NCBI GenBank assembly: GCA_030754655.1
Contig: JASLZX010000004.1
Span: 30,095-94,094, forward strand
Direction: 5' to 3'
Source: Candidatus Poseidoniia archaeon
GTDB lineage: Archaea > Thermoplasmatota > Poseidoniia > MGIII > CG-Epi1
Length of the DNA: 64,000 bases
The position numbers were made by a program, and so were the translations under genes. The notes under the pieces were generated by a model that saw nothing but the letters and a program-made list of their open reading frames with translations, was not told where the DNA came from and did no database searches. Of this stretch, positions 19,267 through 28,542 are shown piece by piece; positions within the stretch are counted from its first letter, which is position 1; every line of letters starts with the position of its first letter.

Positions 19267-20616
19267 CTAGAGCAGGCTGGTCGAGACGTAGTACCAGGTG
19301 AGGTAGAGCCCGACAATCACCATTACCGCTCCGCCCACTATCTGAATCTGGTGGGTCGAGGCGCGCAGCTTGTTGACGATGGTATCTTCCGATGAAGCGA
19401 CTAGCAGTGTGAAGGCGACCATTAGCAGCCCGGTCGTGACTGCGAAGAGCAGGAAGACCACCAGCCCCGTGACAATGCCCCGCTCCAGCGAGGAGAGAAG
19501 CAGACCCAGCACAATCGGCGCCATGCAACCCGAGGCGGCTGAGCCGTAGCCGACGCCGTACCAGAAGAGCCCCACCATCCCGTCCTGCCGGTTCTGCGCG
19601 AAGCTGAAGTCGCTCCCCGTCGCGCGCTGGATGCCCTTCTCGGCCAGCGCGGTTGGGCGCCCCTGCGTGAATTCGCCAATGGCTGATCCCAGCGCGGCTA
19701 CTCCCTGCCGTAGCGGTTGCAGCATCGGCTCTAGGCTGTAGTCAAGCAGCATAGAAACCCCAAGGGCGAAGATGATCAGCCCGACCAGCAGCTCCAGCAG
19801 CGGCAGTATTCCACCCAGCAGGCTGACGAACGGCACCAGCAGGATGCCGATGAGCAGCAGAACCCCTGTCACCCCGCTCGCGGCAGCCAGCCCCGCCGGC
19901 AAAGCCTCGCGCGCGGTGCGCTCGTCGAGCGTTCCGGAAGTGCGTTTCTTGGTCGAAAGGTAATAGGTCATGTAGCCCGGCAGTAGCGGGAAAGAGCAGG
20001 GAGAGAAGAAGACCGCCACTCCGGCACCGATGGCAAAGAGGAAAATCGAGGTTTCCTTTACCTTCACCAGACCCCCCTGCCCTGGTGTCAGTGCCTTGTC
20101 CACCTCGAGTTCCAGCTCCTCCAAACTGATGGGGCCGAGGTGCGAGTAGGTGAGTTGCCCCTCCTTGTCAATGATGAATATTTTGGGTGTCGCTTTTACC
20201 TGATATGAAAATTCAATGTCCTCGCCACCCAGCGCGTGGCGCCAGCCATACTCATTGGCATGCTCCCGCAGTGAACTTAACGAGTCCTCGCCGAAGACCG
20301 AGAGTGACAGGATGGCGACGTCGTCCGGCTTGTCCTGCGAGTAGGGTTTCAGCGCATCCTTGACCAATTTCTTGCACGGCTCGCAGGTGGAGTACATGAA
20401 CTCCAGGATGACCACCTGCTCACCCTCGTAGTCGGAAAGCGAAAACTGGTCGCCATCGGTATCGGTGAGCGTGAAGTCAGGCGCATCGGACTGGCCACCT
20501 ATAGAGGACCAGAGCAGCACCGCCAGCACCAGCATTACCGCGACCCCGACGGTCACGAGCACGCGATTCTGGTTCACGCGTTCTACGAGTACGTCCCAGT
20601 TAGTTTTCTGCGCCAT
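19267..20616 (-). CDS. Redoxin (TlpA/AhpC-TSA fold) fused to CcdA/DsbD-type transmembrane disulfide conduit
   Basis: N-terminal TM helix, APDFTL and CEPC, followed by FFSPCSFPLLP and ASGCMAP CcdA cysteines within several TM helices. Confidence 0.85.
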   Translation of the reverse strand: MAQKTNWDVLVERVNQNRVLVTVGVAVMLVLAVLLWSSIGGQSDAPDFTLTDTDGDQFSLSDYEGEQVVILEFMYSTCEPCKKLVKDALKPYSQDKPDDVAILSLSVFGEDSLSSLREHANEYGWRHALGGEDIEFSYQVKATPKIFIIDKEGQLTYSHLGPISLEELELEVDKALTPGQGGLVKVKETSIFLFAIGAGVAVFFSPCSFPLLPGYMTYYLSTKKRTSGTLDERTAREALPAGLAAASGVTGVLLLIGILLVPFVSLLGGILPLLELLVGLIIFALGVSMLLDYSLEPMLQPLRQGVAALGSAIGEFTQGRPTALAEKGIQRATGSDFSFAQNRQDGMVGLFWYGVGYGSAASGCMAPIVLGLLLSSLERGIVTGLVVFLLFAVTTGLLMVAFTLLVASSEDTIVNKLRASTHQIQIVGGAVMVIVGLYLTWYYVSTSLL

Positions 20617-20625
20617 GCCCAGTCC

Positions 20626-21957
20626 CTAAACGCGGCGCCGCAGAGAAATTCCTGTCAGTGCAAGGAGCGCCAGCGCGATGCCAGGCCCTGGAAGTGCTTC
20701 CTCGGCGTCGTCGCCGCCACCGGTGCCTTCGACCTGCCGCGCGTCGGTAGCAGCGAAACCGCCCTTGCCATCAACTAGCAGGATGCGGTACCAGACCGGG
20801 TCACCCGCGGCAAATTCGACTACCGCAGTCCCATGGTCGCCCTCCAGCGCCATCGGGGCGACGCCCCACTTTCCGTCGTCGTAGGTTCCGTTCCGGAAGT
20901 TGTAGATTACGTAGGCCGAGCCAATACCGTCCTCATCAGCCAGAGTGGCGCTGATGACCGCCTGGCTGCCTTCGAGCCGGTCATCGTATTCCGTCACGGT
21001 TGGTGGCTCGTTCTGTTCATCATACGCAGTCGAGCGTGGCGTTGCCGAGTTGATGGCACGAGGTGTGTCAGCAGCATTACTGGTCTTGCTAGAGTGCCGT
21101 GAGTTATCATTCAGGTCGTAAACAACTGCCACTACCTCGGTCTTGGCGGGATTGATAGGCGTCGGGATGGGATGTGCCCCCTCCTGCGGGTTTCCGTCCC
21201 TGTCCTCATGGCCATCAACGTAGTCAATTATGTCCGGAATGACCCATTCCACCTCGGTTGACCATTCCTCTCCCGGCTGCATCGTTCCGGGGCGTTCGTC
21301 GTGCAACGCGGTCTCGCGGTGGGTATTGTGCTGCATTACCTCCTTGCCCTCCTCCGAGCTCCACGCCATGATGTCATCCTCGACTACGAATAGGTAGACT
21401 GCCGGTTCAAGCTCGTCCGGGTCGATGAACGGATCGTGGAGACCGCCATCGCCGAGGTAGGTGAGGTTGACGCGGAAGACAAAGCGGTCCTCGCGGAATT
21501 CCTGCCACACCCGCAGCTCGGTAGGCTTGACCTCTCTCTCACCGCTGTCGGTGTAGTGGTCCAGGTAGGTTTCGTAAGTTCCGTCGCCGCCGCCTAGCTC
21601 CTCGATATAGCCGCCGTCGAACTGTGCGTCGGGAGTGCCCTGCACTACGTAGTGCTCGTAGCGCTGCTTGGCTTCCTTGCTCGCGAACTCGTCATCTGCG
21701 TAAGCACCATTGCGCTGGTGGAACGACACGTACGTCCATGGCACCTCTGGCTCGTCACGGTAGTCAGTCCAGAGCCTCCCCACGTCAGGGTCAATCGACA
21801 TGCAGGGGGGGCACCCCAGGCTGGTGAAGTGCTCCATGACGGGGCGATGGGTCCACCCGGCCGGAACGGTTTCCTGCGGTTCCGCAACGGGCGCCGCAAC
21901 CGACGGCAGTGTCAGCAACAACCCGAACAGAAGTGTCAGCACCAGCTTTGCATACAC
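20626..21957 (-). CDS. Secreted Omp28-like thioredoxin-fold CXXC protein with PGF-CTERM-like tail
   Basis: Signal peptide, EHFTSLGCPPC, GTPDAQFDG cis-Pro loop, acidic body and LPGPG-TM-RRRV C-terminus. Confidence 0.75.
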   Translation of the reverse strand: MYAKLVLTLLFGLLLTLPSVAAPVAEPQETVPAGWTHRPVMEHFTSLGCPPCMSIDPDVGRLWTDYRDEPEVPWTYVSFHQRNGAYADDEFASKEAKQRYEHYVVQGTPDAQFDGGYIEELGGGDGTYETYLDHYTDSGEREVKPTELRVWQEFREDRFVFRVNLTYLGDGGLHDPFIDPDELEPAVYLFVVEDDIMAWSSEEGKEVMQHNTHRETALHDERPGTMQPGEEWSTEVEWVIPDIIDYVDGHEDRDGNPQEGAHPIPTPINPAKTEVVAVVYDLNDNSRHSSKTSNAADTPRAINSATPRSTAYDEQNEPPTVTEYDDRLEGSQAVISATLADEDGIGSAYVIYNFRNGTYDDGKWGVAPMALEGDHGTAVVEFAAGDPVWYRILLVDGKGGFAATDARQVEGTGGGDDAEEALPGPGIALALLALTGISLRRRV

Positions 21958-21989
21958 TTTTCAGCATGTGGTTGGGGGCTATTTGACGC

Positions 21990-23441
21990 TTACGCAGGGC
22001 GTCGCGCCCAGACTACGAACAGTGTACCGCCGAGAAGCCCACCCGTCGCCGCGCCACTTATCAGTAGCCACGGCAGCGCCCCATCAGTAACAACTGGGCG
22101 CCCCCCTCCGTCGCTGCCGACAAACATCTGCACATCCGATCTCCCGGAAGTGCCGTTACCATCGACGTAGAGCACCTGGTAGTAGATATTGTCATCACTC
22201 TGGTAGGGGAGGGTCGCAGTGCCGGTCGCGTCAGCGTAGGCGTAGCAGACGCCGTCATCGTCGCACACCTCCTCGCCCTCAATCTTGAGCTCGGCTACCT
22301 GCCACTCGCCAGTGTAGTCTTGGCTATCATAGTTGTAGACCGCGAACGAGGTGCCGATGCCCTCCTCGGCCTCGAACTCCACCTCGAGTTGTGCGCCAGC
22401 TTCGGTGAAGAGTTCGCGCTGCCGGTCAATCTCGGGCACGTCGCGCTCAGGATTATCGTAAATAGTGCTCTGCGGCGACGCCGACTGGATTGAGCGCGGG
22501 GTAGGGTAGGTGTCGTCGCTCGGATCGTCGTTCTTGCCGCCCGACTCGGTGTCATCCCGGTCAAAGACCGCTGCAATCGGGGTAATCCGGCCGGGGTTGA
22601 TGGGAATCTTGATGGGTCCCTCGACGCCATCGGCGTCAACTTGCGTTGTCGGCACCTTCCAGACAGCTTCGTAGGTGGCTGCCTCATCCTTCTGCAGGGT
22701 GAATTCCTCACCCTCAATGGCATATCCGCGGAACACTCGCATGTTAACCCAGTCCTGCTCCAGGTACGAGGACCAGGCAGTAACATCATCTTCAACCATG
22801 AAGACATAGAGCGTACCGTCCAGATTAGTGTCCTCGAGCCCTGCCTGCTGCTCCCACGACTCCGGTCCAGCCAGGCCGTGGTAGGTCATGTCGACTCTGA
22901 CTTTGAATGTCCCGACTTCGCCCTCGGTCGAGCTGCCTATGAACTCGCTGTAGATGTCCAAATCGACCATCTTGAAATCTTCGCCGTCGTCACCGTCACG
23001 GGGCCCGGAGTCCTCCAGTTCGGCCTTGTAGTCGTCGTAATTGCTTTCGCTGCCGCCGCCCTCGTAACGGTAGTTGCCGTCGAACTGCGCGTTTGGAGTC
23101 CCAGTCTGCCCGTAGTGGTCACGCATACGTGCATTGGAGTCCTCAGTGTGGAACGGGTCGTCGCCGGCACCACCGTTAGGTTGGTGGAAGTAGACGATGT
23201 GGTATGGCACCGAAGAATCACCCTCGATGTCATGCAGCACCTCGTCCATGGCGGGGTCGGCATAGGACATGCAGAAGACGCAGCTGAGGCTGGTAAAGAG
23301 CTCGACCAGCGGCCGGTGGGTCCAGCCGTTGGGATACTCGCGATCCGCACTAACTGTAGCCACAGTATCAGGTGTTGCAGTAGTCACGGCGGGCACTGCC
23401 ATGAGCAGCAGCGCCAGCAACAGGATGGAAAAGCTGCGCAT
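21990..23441 (-). CDS. Secreted Omp28-like thioredoxin-fold CXXC protein, paralog of the adjacent gene, C-terminal TM anchor
   Basis: Signal peptide, GWTHRPLVELFTSLSCVFC, GTPNAQFDG, YVFMVEDDVTAWSS and PINP motifs shared with the neighbour. Confidence 0.75.
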   Translation of the reverse strand: MRSFSILLLALLLMAVPAVTTATPDTVATVSADREYPNGWTHRPLVELFTSLSCVFCMSYADPAMDEVLHDIEGDSSVPYHIVYFHQPNGGAGDDPFHTEDSNARMRDHYGQTGTPNAQFDGNYRYEGGGSESNYDDYKAELEDSGPRDGDDGEDFKMVDLDIYSEFIGSSTEGEVGTFKVRVDMTYHGLAGPESWEQQAGLEDTNLDGTLYVFMVEDDVTAWSSYLEQDWVNMRVFRGYAIEGEEFTLQKDEAATYEAVWKVPTTQVDADGVEGPIKIPINPGRITPIAAVFDRDDTESGGKNDDPSDDTYPTPRSIQSASPQSTIYDNPERDVPEIDRQRELFTEAGAQLEVEFEAEEGIGTSFAVYNYDSQDYTGEWQVAELKIEGEEVCDDDGVCYAYADATGTATLPYQSDDNIYYQVLYVDGNGTSGRSDVQMFVGSDGGGRPVVTDGALPWLLISGAATGGLLGGTLFVVWARRPA

Positions 23442-23474
23442 AATGCACCAAGCTCGGCGTAGCGTATCGGCTAT

Positions 23475-23630
23475 TTAAGTTTCGTTCCAGAGCTGCGCCA
23501 GCCGCGTGCAGAGCCGCTGTAGGAATACCACCTCGCCCTGCGAGAAAGGGTCGCGCGTGTGCGAGTCGATATCGAGCTGCGCGACGAACTCGCCGTCGGC
23601 ATGAATTGGAATGACAATTTCCGACTGCAC
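23475..23630 (-). pseudogene. C-terminal remnant of a GAF-domain protein (fRMsr/MsrC/YebR-like)
   Basis: Hand translation gives VQSEIVIPIHADGEFVAQLDIDSHTRDPFSQGEVVFLQRLCTRLAQLWNET*. SEIVIPI and LDIDS are family motifs; the N-terminal two thirds are absent. Confidence 0.75.
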
Positions 23631-23648
23631 CCCCAGCCTAGCTGGGGC

Positions 23649-24167
23649 TTAAGCCGCTTCGTAGAAGATTTCGATTGAGATGTAGGGGCCAAGTTCCTGC
23701 GTTTCCCACGCCTGTGTTTCGACTCCATCCACAGTCATCCGCAATGTGTGGGTCTCATCCACTGCATGGTCGAGCACCTGTTCGCTCGAGAAAGGCTGCT
23801 CCCAGATGGCGAAGAAGTCTTCCAGAGTTACCGTCGTGTTAGCGACGGTTTCGACGTGAATCTGCCCTGAATTATCGTATGTATGGACAGGATGGATGAA
23901 CAGGACGCTGCCATCGTCGTTGTATTCGAAGCCGACATTAGCCGGCACTTCCGCCCGCTCGCCATCGATTGTGATGTTGAGCCAGAAGTGGTAATGGTAA
24001 TCGCTCACGATACCTTGTAGAGCATAGATACAGATGGCCGACTTGAGCAGGTCGCCGTAATCCTGCTCCTGCGGTTCCGGCTCAGGCAGGCTGAGCCAGT
24101 AGATTCCGCTCAGCACGGAAATAGTCATGAGGCTGAGGGCAAGCCCCGTCACCAGCTCCTGCCGCAT
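23649..24167 (-). CDS. Membrane-anchored hypothetical protein with HxH / HPVHT / IHVE motifs
   Basis: N-terminal TM helix and HYHFWLNITIDG...VPANVG...IHPVHTYDNSGQIHVET...TLEDFFAIW, a recognisable putative metal-binding family of unknown function. Confidence 0.75.
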   Translation of the reverse strand: MRQELVTGLALSLMTISVLSGIYWLSLPEPEPQEQDYGDLLKSAICIYALQGIVSDYHYHFWLNITIDGERAEVPANVGFEYNDDGSVLFIHPVHTYDNSGQIHVETVANTTVTLEDFFAIWEQPFSSEQVLDHAVDETHTLRMTVDGVETQAWETQELGPYISIEIFYEAA

Positions 24168-24763
24168 CAGCTCTTCGGTTGGCCCTGCAGCACCAGATAG
24201 CCTAGGAGAGTGGCACCGACTGCCGACAACCCTGCGACCGCCAGCAGCCAGCTGGGTCGCCCCTCCTCTTCAGGAGTGGATTCTTCTGGCGGCGGCTGCT
24301 GGAAGCCAGCAGCTATGTGGCCAGCCCCCACGTCGGGATTGACCACGATCGTGGCGTTGAGAATCCCGCCGTCGGAGAGCAGGTCCTGGTAGTAATAGGT
24401 CCCGGTCCCGAAGGTGGAGTTGAAGCTTACCCGGAACGAGGTCTGGCACTCTTCGTCCAGCTTGGTACCATTTTCATCACTCTCGCACTCGTTCTGCAAG
24501 GTGCCGGAGTCCCAGTCGTAGGTGCCATTGTAGAGTCCGTCACCGTCACCATCGTAGACAATCCGGTGGGTGAGGTTGTCGTCTTCGCCGACATCTATCC
24601 AGAGTGCCGTGTCGTTGTACTGGAAACTGGCGGTTTCTGGGACTATTCCGTCATCCCTCACAATGATACTGAAAGTTCCCGCATCATGTGCCTCTGCCGA
24701 TGGGAGTACCAGTGCCAGCACCAGTACGAGCAAGACGACAATGGCAATCCTCACCTGACTCAT
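24167..24763 (-). CDS. Secreted cupredoxin-like hypothetical protein with C-terminal TM anchor
   Basis: Signal peptide ending AEA-H, P....QYNDTALW...THRI...WDSG...GTYYY pattern and a C-terminal TM helix. Confidence 0.6.
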   Translation of the reverse strand: MSQVRIAIVVLLVLVLALVLPSAEAHDAGTFSIIVRDDGIVPETASFQYNDTALWIDVGEDDNLTHRIVYDGDGDGLYNGTYDWDSGTLQNECESDENGTKLDEECQTSFRVSFNSTFGTGTYYYQDLLSDGGILNATIVVNPDVGAGHIAAGFQQPPPEESTPEEEGRPSWLLAVAGLSAVGATLLGYLVLQGQPKS

Positions 24764-24818
24764 CGGCGAGGCAGCAGGGGGTGGTATAAATTAGCGCCTG
24801 AATGAGGATAAATCCCAG

Positions 24819-25571
24819 TTATCCAGACCCTAGCATTAATGCCACATCGTGGTGGAGATCGCGGTAAGTCCAGTCGAGTCCCGGCCACGCCACCCGCAGC
24901 CGCCCCTGTTGGTCGATGATGTAGAGGATAGTCGAGTGGTTGACGCCGTAGTCGTCGTCTCCTTCATCATCAGTTTCATTATCCCCATTGTCTCCAGTTT
25001 CATTATCGCCGTTTTCGTCGTGCTCATGTTCCTCAGTTTCATTACCCCCATTGTCTCCAGTTTCATTATCACCGTTTTCGTCGTGCTCATGTTCCTCCGC
25101 ACCCACTTTCTCGACATAGATGTCATATGGTGCCCACACCGAATTGTTCATCGCCATTTCCGGCATTCCGGCACTCGAGGTGAGGTGTGGCCAGTTGGCA
25201 TTCTTCATTGTGGTCCAGTGGGCAAGGTGCTCGACGGTATCTCGTGATGGATCGACTGTGACAGAGAGGATTTCCACCCGCTCACCATAATCCGCACCGA
25301 GGGCTTCCTGCAGCTTGCCGAGCTGGTAGGTGACTTGAGGGCAGATGTCAGGGCAGCTGGTGTAGATGAAGGTCATTACCACTATCTTGCCAGTGGTCTC
25401 GTTGAAGCTGAAATTGTTGCCATACTGGTCAACCAGCGTGAAGTCGGCCGCCGCCTCCCCAGGTAGTTCGACGCCCCAAAAATTTTCCTCTGAAGGCGTA
25501 TCGTGTAGGCAGCCTGTCAGCGTCAGCACCAGCGCTAGCAGCATGGCTCGAAAGCTAGAGTTAGTGTTCAT
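24819..25571 (-). CDS. SCO1/SenC copper chaperone lipoprotein with His/acidic repeat insertion
   Basis: Lipobox LTGC, FIYTSCPDICP (CxxxC), VTVDPSRDT and VNHSTILYIID His ligand. Start MNTNSS at 25571. Confidence 0.9.
   Translation of the reverse strand: MNTNSSFRAMLLALVLTLTGCLHDTPSEENFWGVELPGEAAADFTLVDQYGNNFSFNETTGKIVVMTFIYTSCPDICPQVTYQLGKLQEALGADYGERVEILSVTVDPSRDTVEHLAHWTTMKNANWPHLTSSAGMPEMAMNNSVWAPYDIYVEKVGAEEHEHDENGDNETGDNGGNETEEHEHDENGDNETGDNGDNETDDEGDDDYGVNHSTILYIIDQQGRLRVAWPGLDWTYRDLHHDVALMLGSG
24971..25096. repeat. Near-perfect 63-bp tandem duplication inside the SCO gene
   Basis: Units 24971-25033 and 25034-25096 encode EEHEHDENGDNETGDNG(G/D)NET twice. Confidence 0.9.
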
Positions 25572-25623
25572 TTGCGGGCCACCGGCCCGAGGTATAAATA
25601 GCCGCCATAAGTCCGCGTGCAAT

Positions 25624-27396
25624 ATGCAACAGGCGGTCCTGCGAGTCTCCGCAATCCTGCTGCTGGTCGTTGCCGTCGCAGCGACTGCAGCCTACCTGTT
25701 GGAGGGCGACGGCGGTCCTAGCGGTGGCACCGGCCCCGCGACGGGGCGCCCCTTCGCCGACGCGCTGCTACAGGATGAGGAACATGACCACCGCAATGCG
25801 TCGGAACACCAACTTTACACCGACAATATCGAGTATGTTGACTTCAACCCCAATTTTGACAACGCCGAAATTCAAGTCGCCGAAGCGCCTGATGGGCGCA
25901 CCTACGCCTACCAGGCAGGCTGGAATGAGATGCGTATCATTGATGTCACGGACCCTTACAATATGAGCGAGGTAGGTAGGTACAGCGATCCAAATACTCA
26001 GGTGCTTGACGTCAAGTACATCGAATTTGACGCACGCGAATACGTGATTATTCAAAACCAGATTATAGACCCCGGCAACGCTGACCCAGACTTTACCACC
26101 TGGAACGATTTCGTACAGGTAGCGGTAACGCTGGTTGATGTCACGAACAAGGCCAACCCAATCTGGGTCGACCACTGGAACGACATTGACCACCCCTCAG
26201 GACCACACAACCTCTACACCCACATGATTGACGGCGAGTGGTATATTTTCGTTGCTAACCCGGATTACACAGCCTGTCAAATTGGGAGTGAGGAAGCATG
26301 TGGTGGTATTACTATTGCGCACTTGAACCTGCAGGGCTCGGCATCACGCTTACTCGACGAGGTCCCTGCCTCTGGCGAGGGGCACACGATTAACAAAGTA
26401 GGCGAGGCCGAAGTGGCATGGTCAACCACCCGTGGCGGCTGGATTTACATCCATGACATGACCGTCCAGAAATGGCCGGGTGAGGACACTAATGACCCAC
26501 GCTATGGTCACACCTACATCTACGGCGCCTACTGGGAAGCGGGACTACGCATCTTTGACCTCGAAACCATTCCTCACCCAGTCAATACACCAGCCCAATA
26601 CATAGCGATGGCAACTACCTGTAAGGCGGGGCTTGGCAATCCAGTCACCTGTCGCTGGCGCGCGCCCGAGGTCGGACAGTGGATGGACTTTGCCGACTTG
26701 GACCATGACGGGCAGCCCGACTCCAGCACGACCGGTAACGTCAACGGCGGCCGCGCCTCCTACATCCACTACGTTGAGCCCTTCCCGGTACTGGTCGACG
26801 GCAGCCACCTGGGTCTCGGCAGCGAGCTGCGCCACGTCACTTTCTGCGCGACCGAGGTCCTAGAGACATCTGTCGGCACCGGGCTGACATACATTCTTGA
26901 TACCACAGAGTACGAGATGGTTAATGGCAACCTGCGCTTCAAGCCGCAGCTGCTCAGCTACTGGGAGAATCCTTTCGGGGTAGACCACTACATCCCCGGC
27001 GGCGAGGAGTGGCTTATTTTCAGTCCACACAACCTAGACAGCGCGTGGTTTCCCACAACACCTGAGACAGATGCTTCTATGGGCGGTAGCTGGGACGGCC
27101 GGCTCTACATGGGTAACTACCATACTGGTCTCTGGGTACTCGACTTGGAGACGCTGATGGCGCCACCTGTAGAGAACATGACCGACCTACATTTTGCTGC
27201 AACCGTCGGATACTACCTGCCGCACGGCGCCGATGGCCAGACGCTCGATTCCGATTTCTACGACTTCGGCTGGGTGCCGTTCCTTTGGACCGCCGAATAC
27301 CACAAAGGCTACATCTACCTGAGTTGCATCACCAGTGGCCTATACGTTGTGCAACTGGATTTGGATGTGCCGTACACTGGACAGGACTACGGTTAA
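25624..27396 (+). CDS. Membrane-anchored LVIVD-repeat/choice-of-anchor-B-like beta-propeller protein
   Basis: N-terminal TM helix, MRIIDVTDP / LVDVTNKANP / GLRIFDL / GLWVLDL blade repeats and PHN, YIHD, YIHY, SPHN His motifs. Confidence 0.78.
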   Translation: MQQAVLRVSAILLLVVAVAATAAYLLEGDGGPSGGTGPATGRPFADALLQDEEHDHRNASEHQLYTDNIEYVDFNPNFDNAEIQVAEAPDGRTYAYQAGWNEMRIIDVTDPYNMSEVGRYSDPNTQVLDVKYIEFDAREYVIIQNQIIDPGNADPDFTTWNDFVQVAVTLVDVTNKANPIWVDHWNDIDHPSGPHNLYTHMIDGEWYIFVANPDYTACQIGSEEACGGITIAHLNLQGSASRLLDEVPASGEGHTINKVGEAEVAWSTTRGGWIYIHDMTVQKWPGEDTNDPRYGHTYIYGAYWEAGLRIFDLETIPHPVNTPAQYIAMATTCKAGLGNPVTCRWRAPEVGQWMDFADLDHDGQPDSSTTGNVNGGRASYIHYVEPFPVLVDGSHLGLGSELRHVTFCATEVLETSVGTGLTYILDTTEYEMVNGNLRFKPQLLSYWENPFGVDHYIPGGEEWLIFSPHNLDSAWFPTTPETDASMGGSWDGRLYMGNYHTGLWVLDLETLMAPPVENMTDLHFAATVGYYLPHGADGQTLDSDFYDFGWVPFLWTAEYHKGYIYLSCITSGLYVVQLDLDVPYTGQDYG

Positions 27397-27872
27397 TCCC
27401 GCTTCACTGAGATAATCTGTTGCGACTGTGCCGGGCGGTCCCCCCCGCCGGTCTTACAAGCCTCTATTTTGCGCACAATCCCCATCCCTGAAGTCACCTC
27501 ACCAAAGATAGCGTGCTTGCCGTCGAGCCAGGGGGTTGCAACCGTAGTGAGGAAGAACTGGCTGCCGCCCGTATTGGGGCCGGCGTTGGCCATGCTCAGC
27601 AGCCCGGGGCGGTCGTGCTTCAGCTGTGTATGGAACTCGTCCTTGATTTGCCAGCCAGGGCCGCCGGTCCCGGCGCGTGGGCTGCGCGGGTCTTTCGAGT
27701 GGGGGCAGCCCGCCTGTAGCATGAAGTCACGAATAACGCGGTGGAAATGGAGGCCGTTGTAGAACCCCTTGTCGACCAGCTTCAGGAAGTTGGCCGTGGT
27801 CTGCGGGGCGCGGTTAACGTAAAGCTTCAGCGAGATGTCGCCGGCGCTGGTGCGCATCGTGAGGGTGGTCAT
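27393..27872 (-). CDS. Cyclophilin-type peptidyl-prolyl cis-trans isomerase
   Basis: FHRVIRDFMLQ, LSMANAGPNTGGSQFF and WLDGKHAIFG motifs. Confidence 0.95.
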   Translation of the reverse strand: MTTLTMRTSAGDISLKLYVNRAPQTTANFLKLVDKGFYNGLHFHRVIRDFMLQAGCPHSKDPRSPRAGTGGPGWQIKDEFHTQLKHDRPGLLSMANAGPNTGGSQFFLTTVATPWLDGKHAIFGEVTSGMGIVRKIEACKTGGGDRPAQSQQIISVKRD

Positions 27873-27939
27873 GCCGCCGCCACCCGGGCGGGCGATAAAG
27901 CGTTGCGGGAAGCTTTTTGAAACCGGGCCTTGCCCGAGC

Positions 27940-28542
27940 GTGGAGGACCCTGTCAGCACCCCCGATTTCTGGGAGGCCTGCTATCACGCCGGCGAAGACC
28001 AGTGGGACCTGGGCCAGCCGACGCCGCTGTTCGAGCGCGTCGCGGCGGAGCTCGAGCCGGGGCGCATATGCCTCATTGGCTGCGGCCGCGGCTGGGACGC
28101 AGTCACCTTCGCGAAGGCGGGCTTCACCGTCACCGCCATCGACTTCGCCGAGCCGGCGGTGCTCGCGGCGCGCCGCAACGCGCTCGCGGCGGGCGCCGAG
28201 GTGACTGTCCTCAAGGAGGATATTTTCGACCTGCCCGGGGAGCTGCACGGACAGTTCGACTACCTGCTGGAATACACCTGCTTCTGCGCCGTCTCGCCGC
28301 TGCGTCGCTTCGAATACGACCGCGTCGCGTGGCAGCTGCTGAAGCCGGGTGGGATGCTCGTCGGCGCGTTCTTCCCGCTCGACAAGCCGCTCGCCGAGGG
28401 CGGTCCGCCATGGGGCGTCACCATCAGCGAGCTGCACGCCCTCTTCTCGCTCCACTGGCAGCTTGACCGCGAGGAAGCCCCCGAAGACTCAATCGAGCCG
28501 CGCCGCGGCCGCGAAGTGCTGCAATACTGGCGGAAGGTCTAG
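27940..28542 (+). CDS. TPMT/thiol-halide methyltransferase family SAM-dependent methyltransferase
   Basis: FWEACY...WDLGQPTP, GCGRGWD, EYTCFCAV and GGPPW motifs. Confidence 0.88.
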   Translation: MEDPVSTPDFWEACYHAGEDQWDLGQPTPLFERVAAELEPGRICLIGCGRGWDAVTFAKAGFTVTAIDFAEPAVLAARRNALAAGAEVTVLKEDIFDLPGELHGQFDYLLEYTCFCAVSPLRRFEYDRVAWQLLKPGGMLVGAFFPLDKPLAEGGPPWGVTISELHALFSLHWQLDREEAPEDSIEPRRGREVLQYWRKV

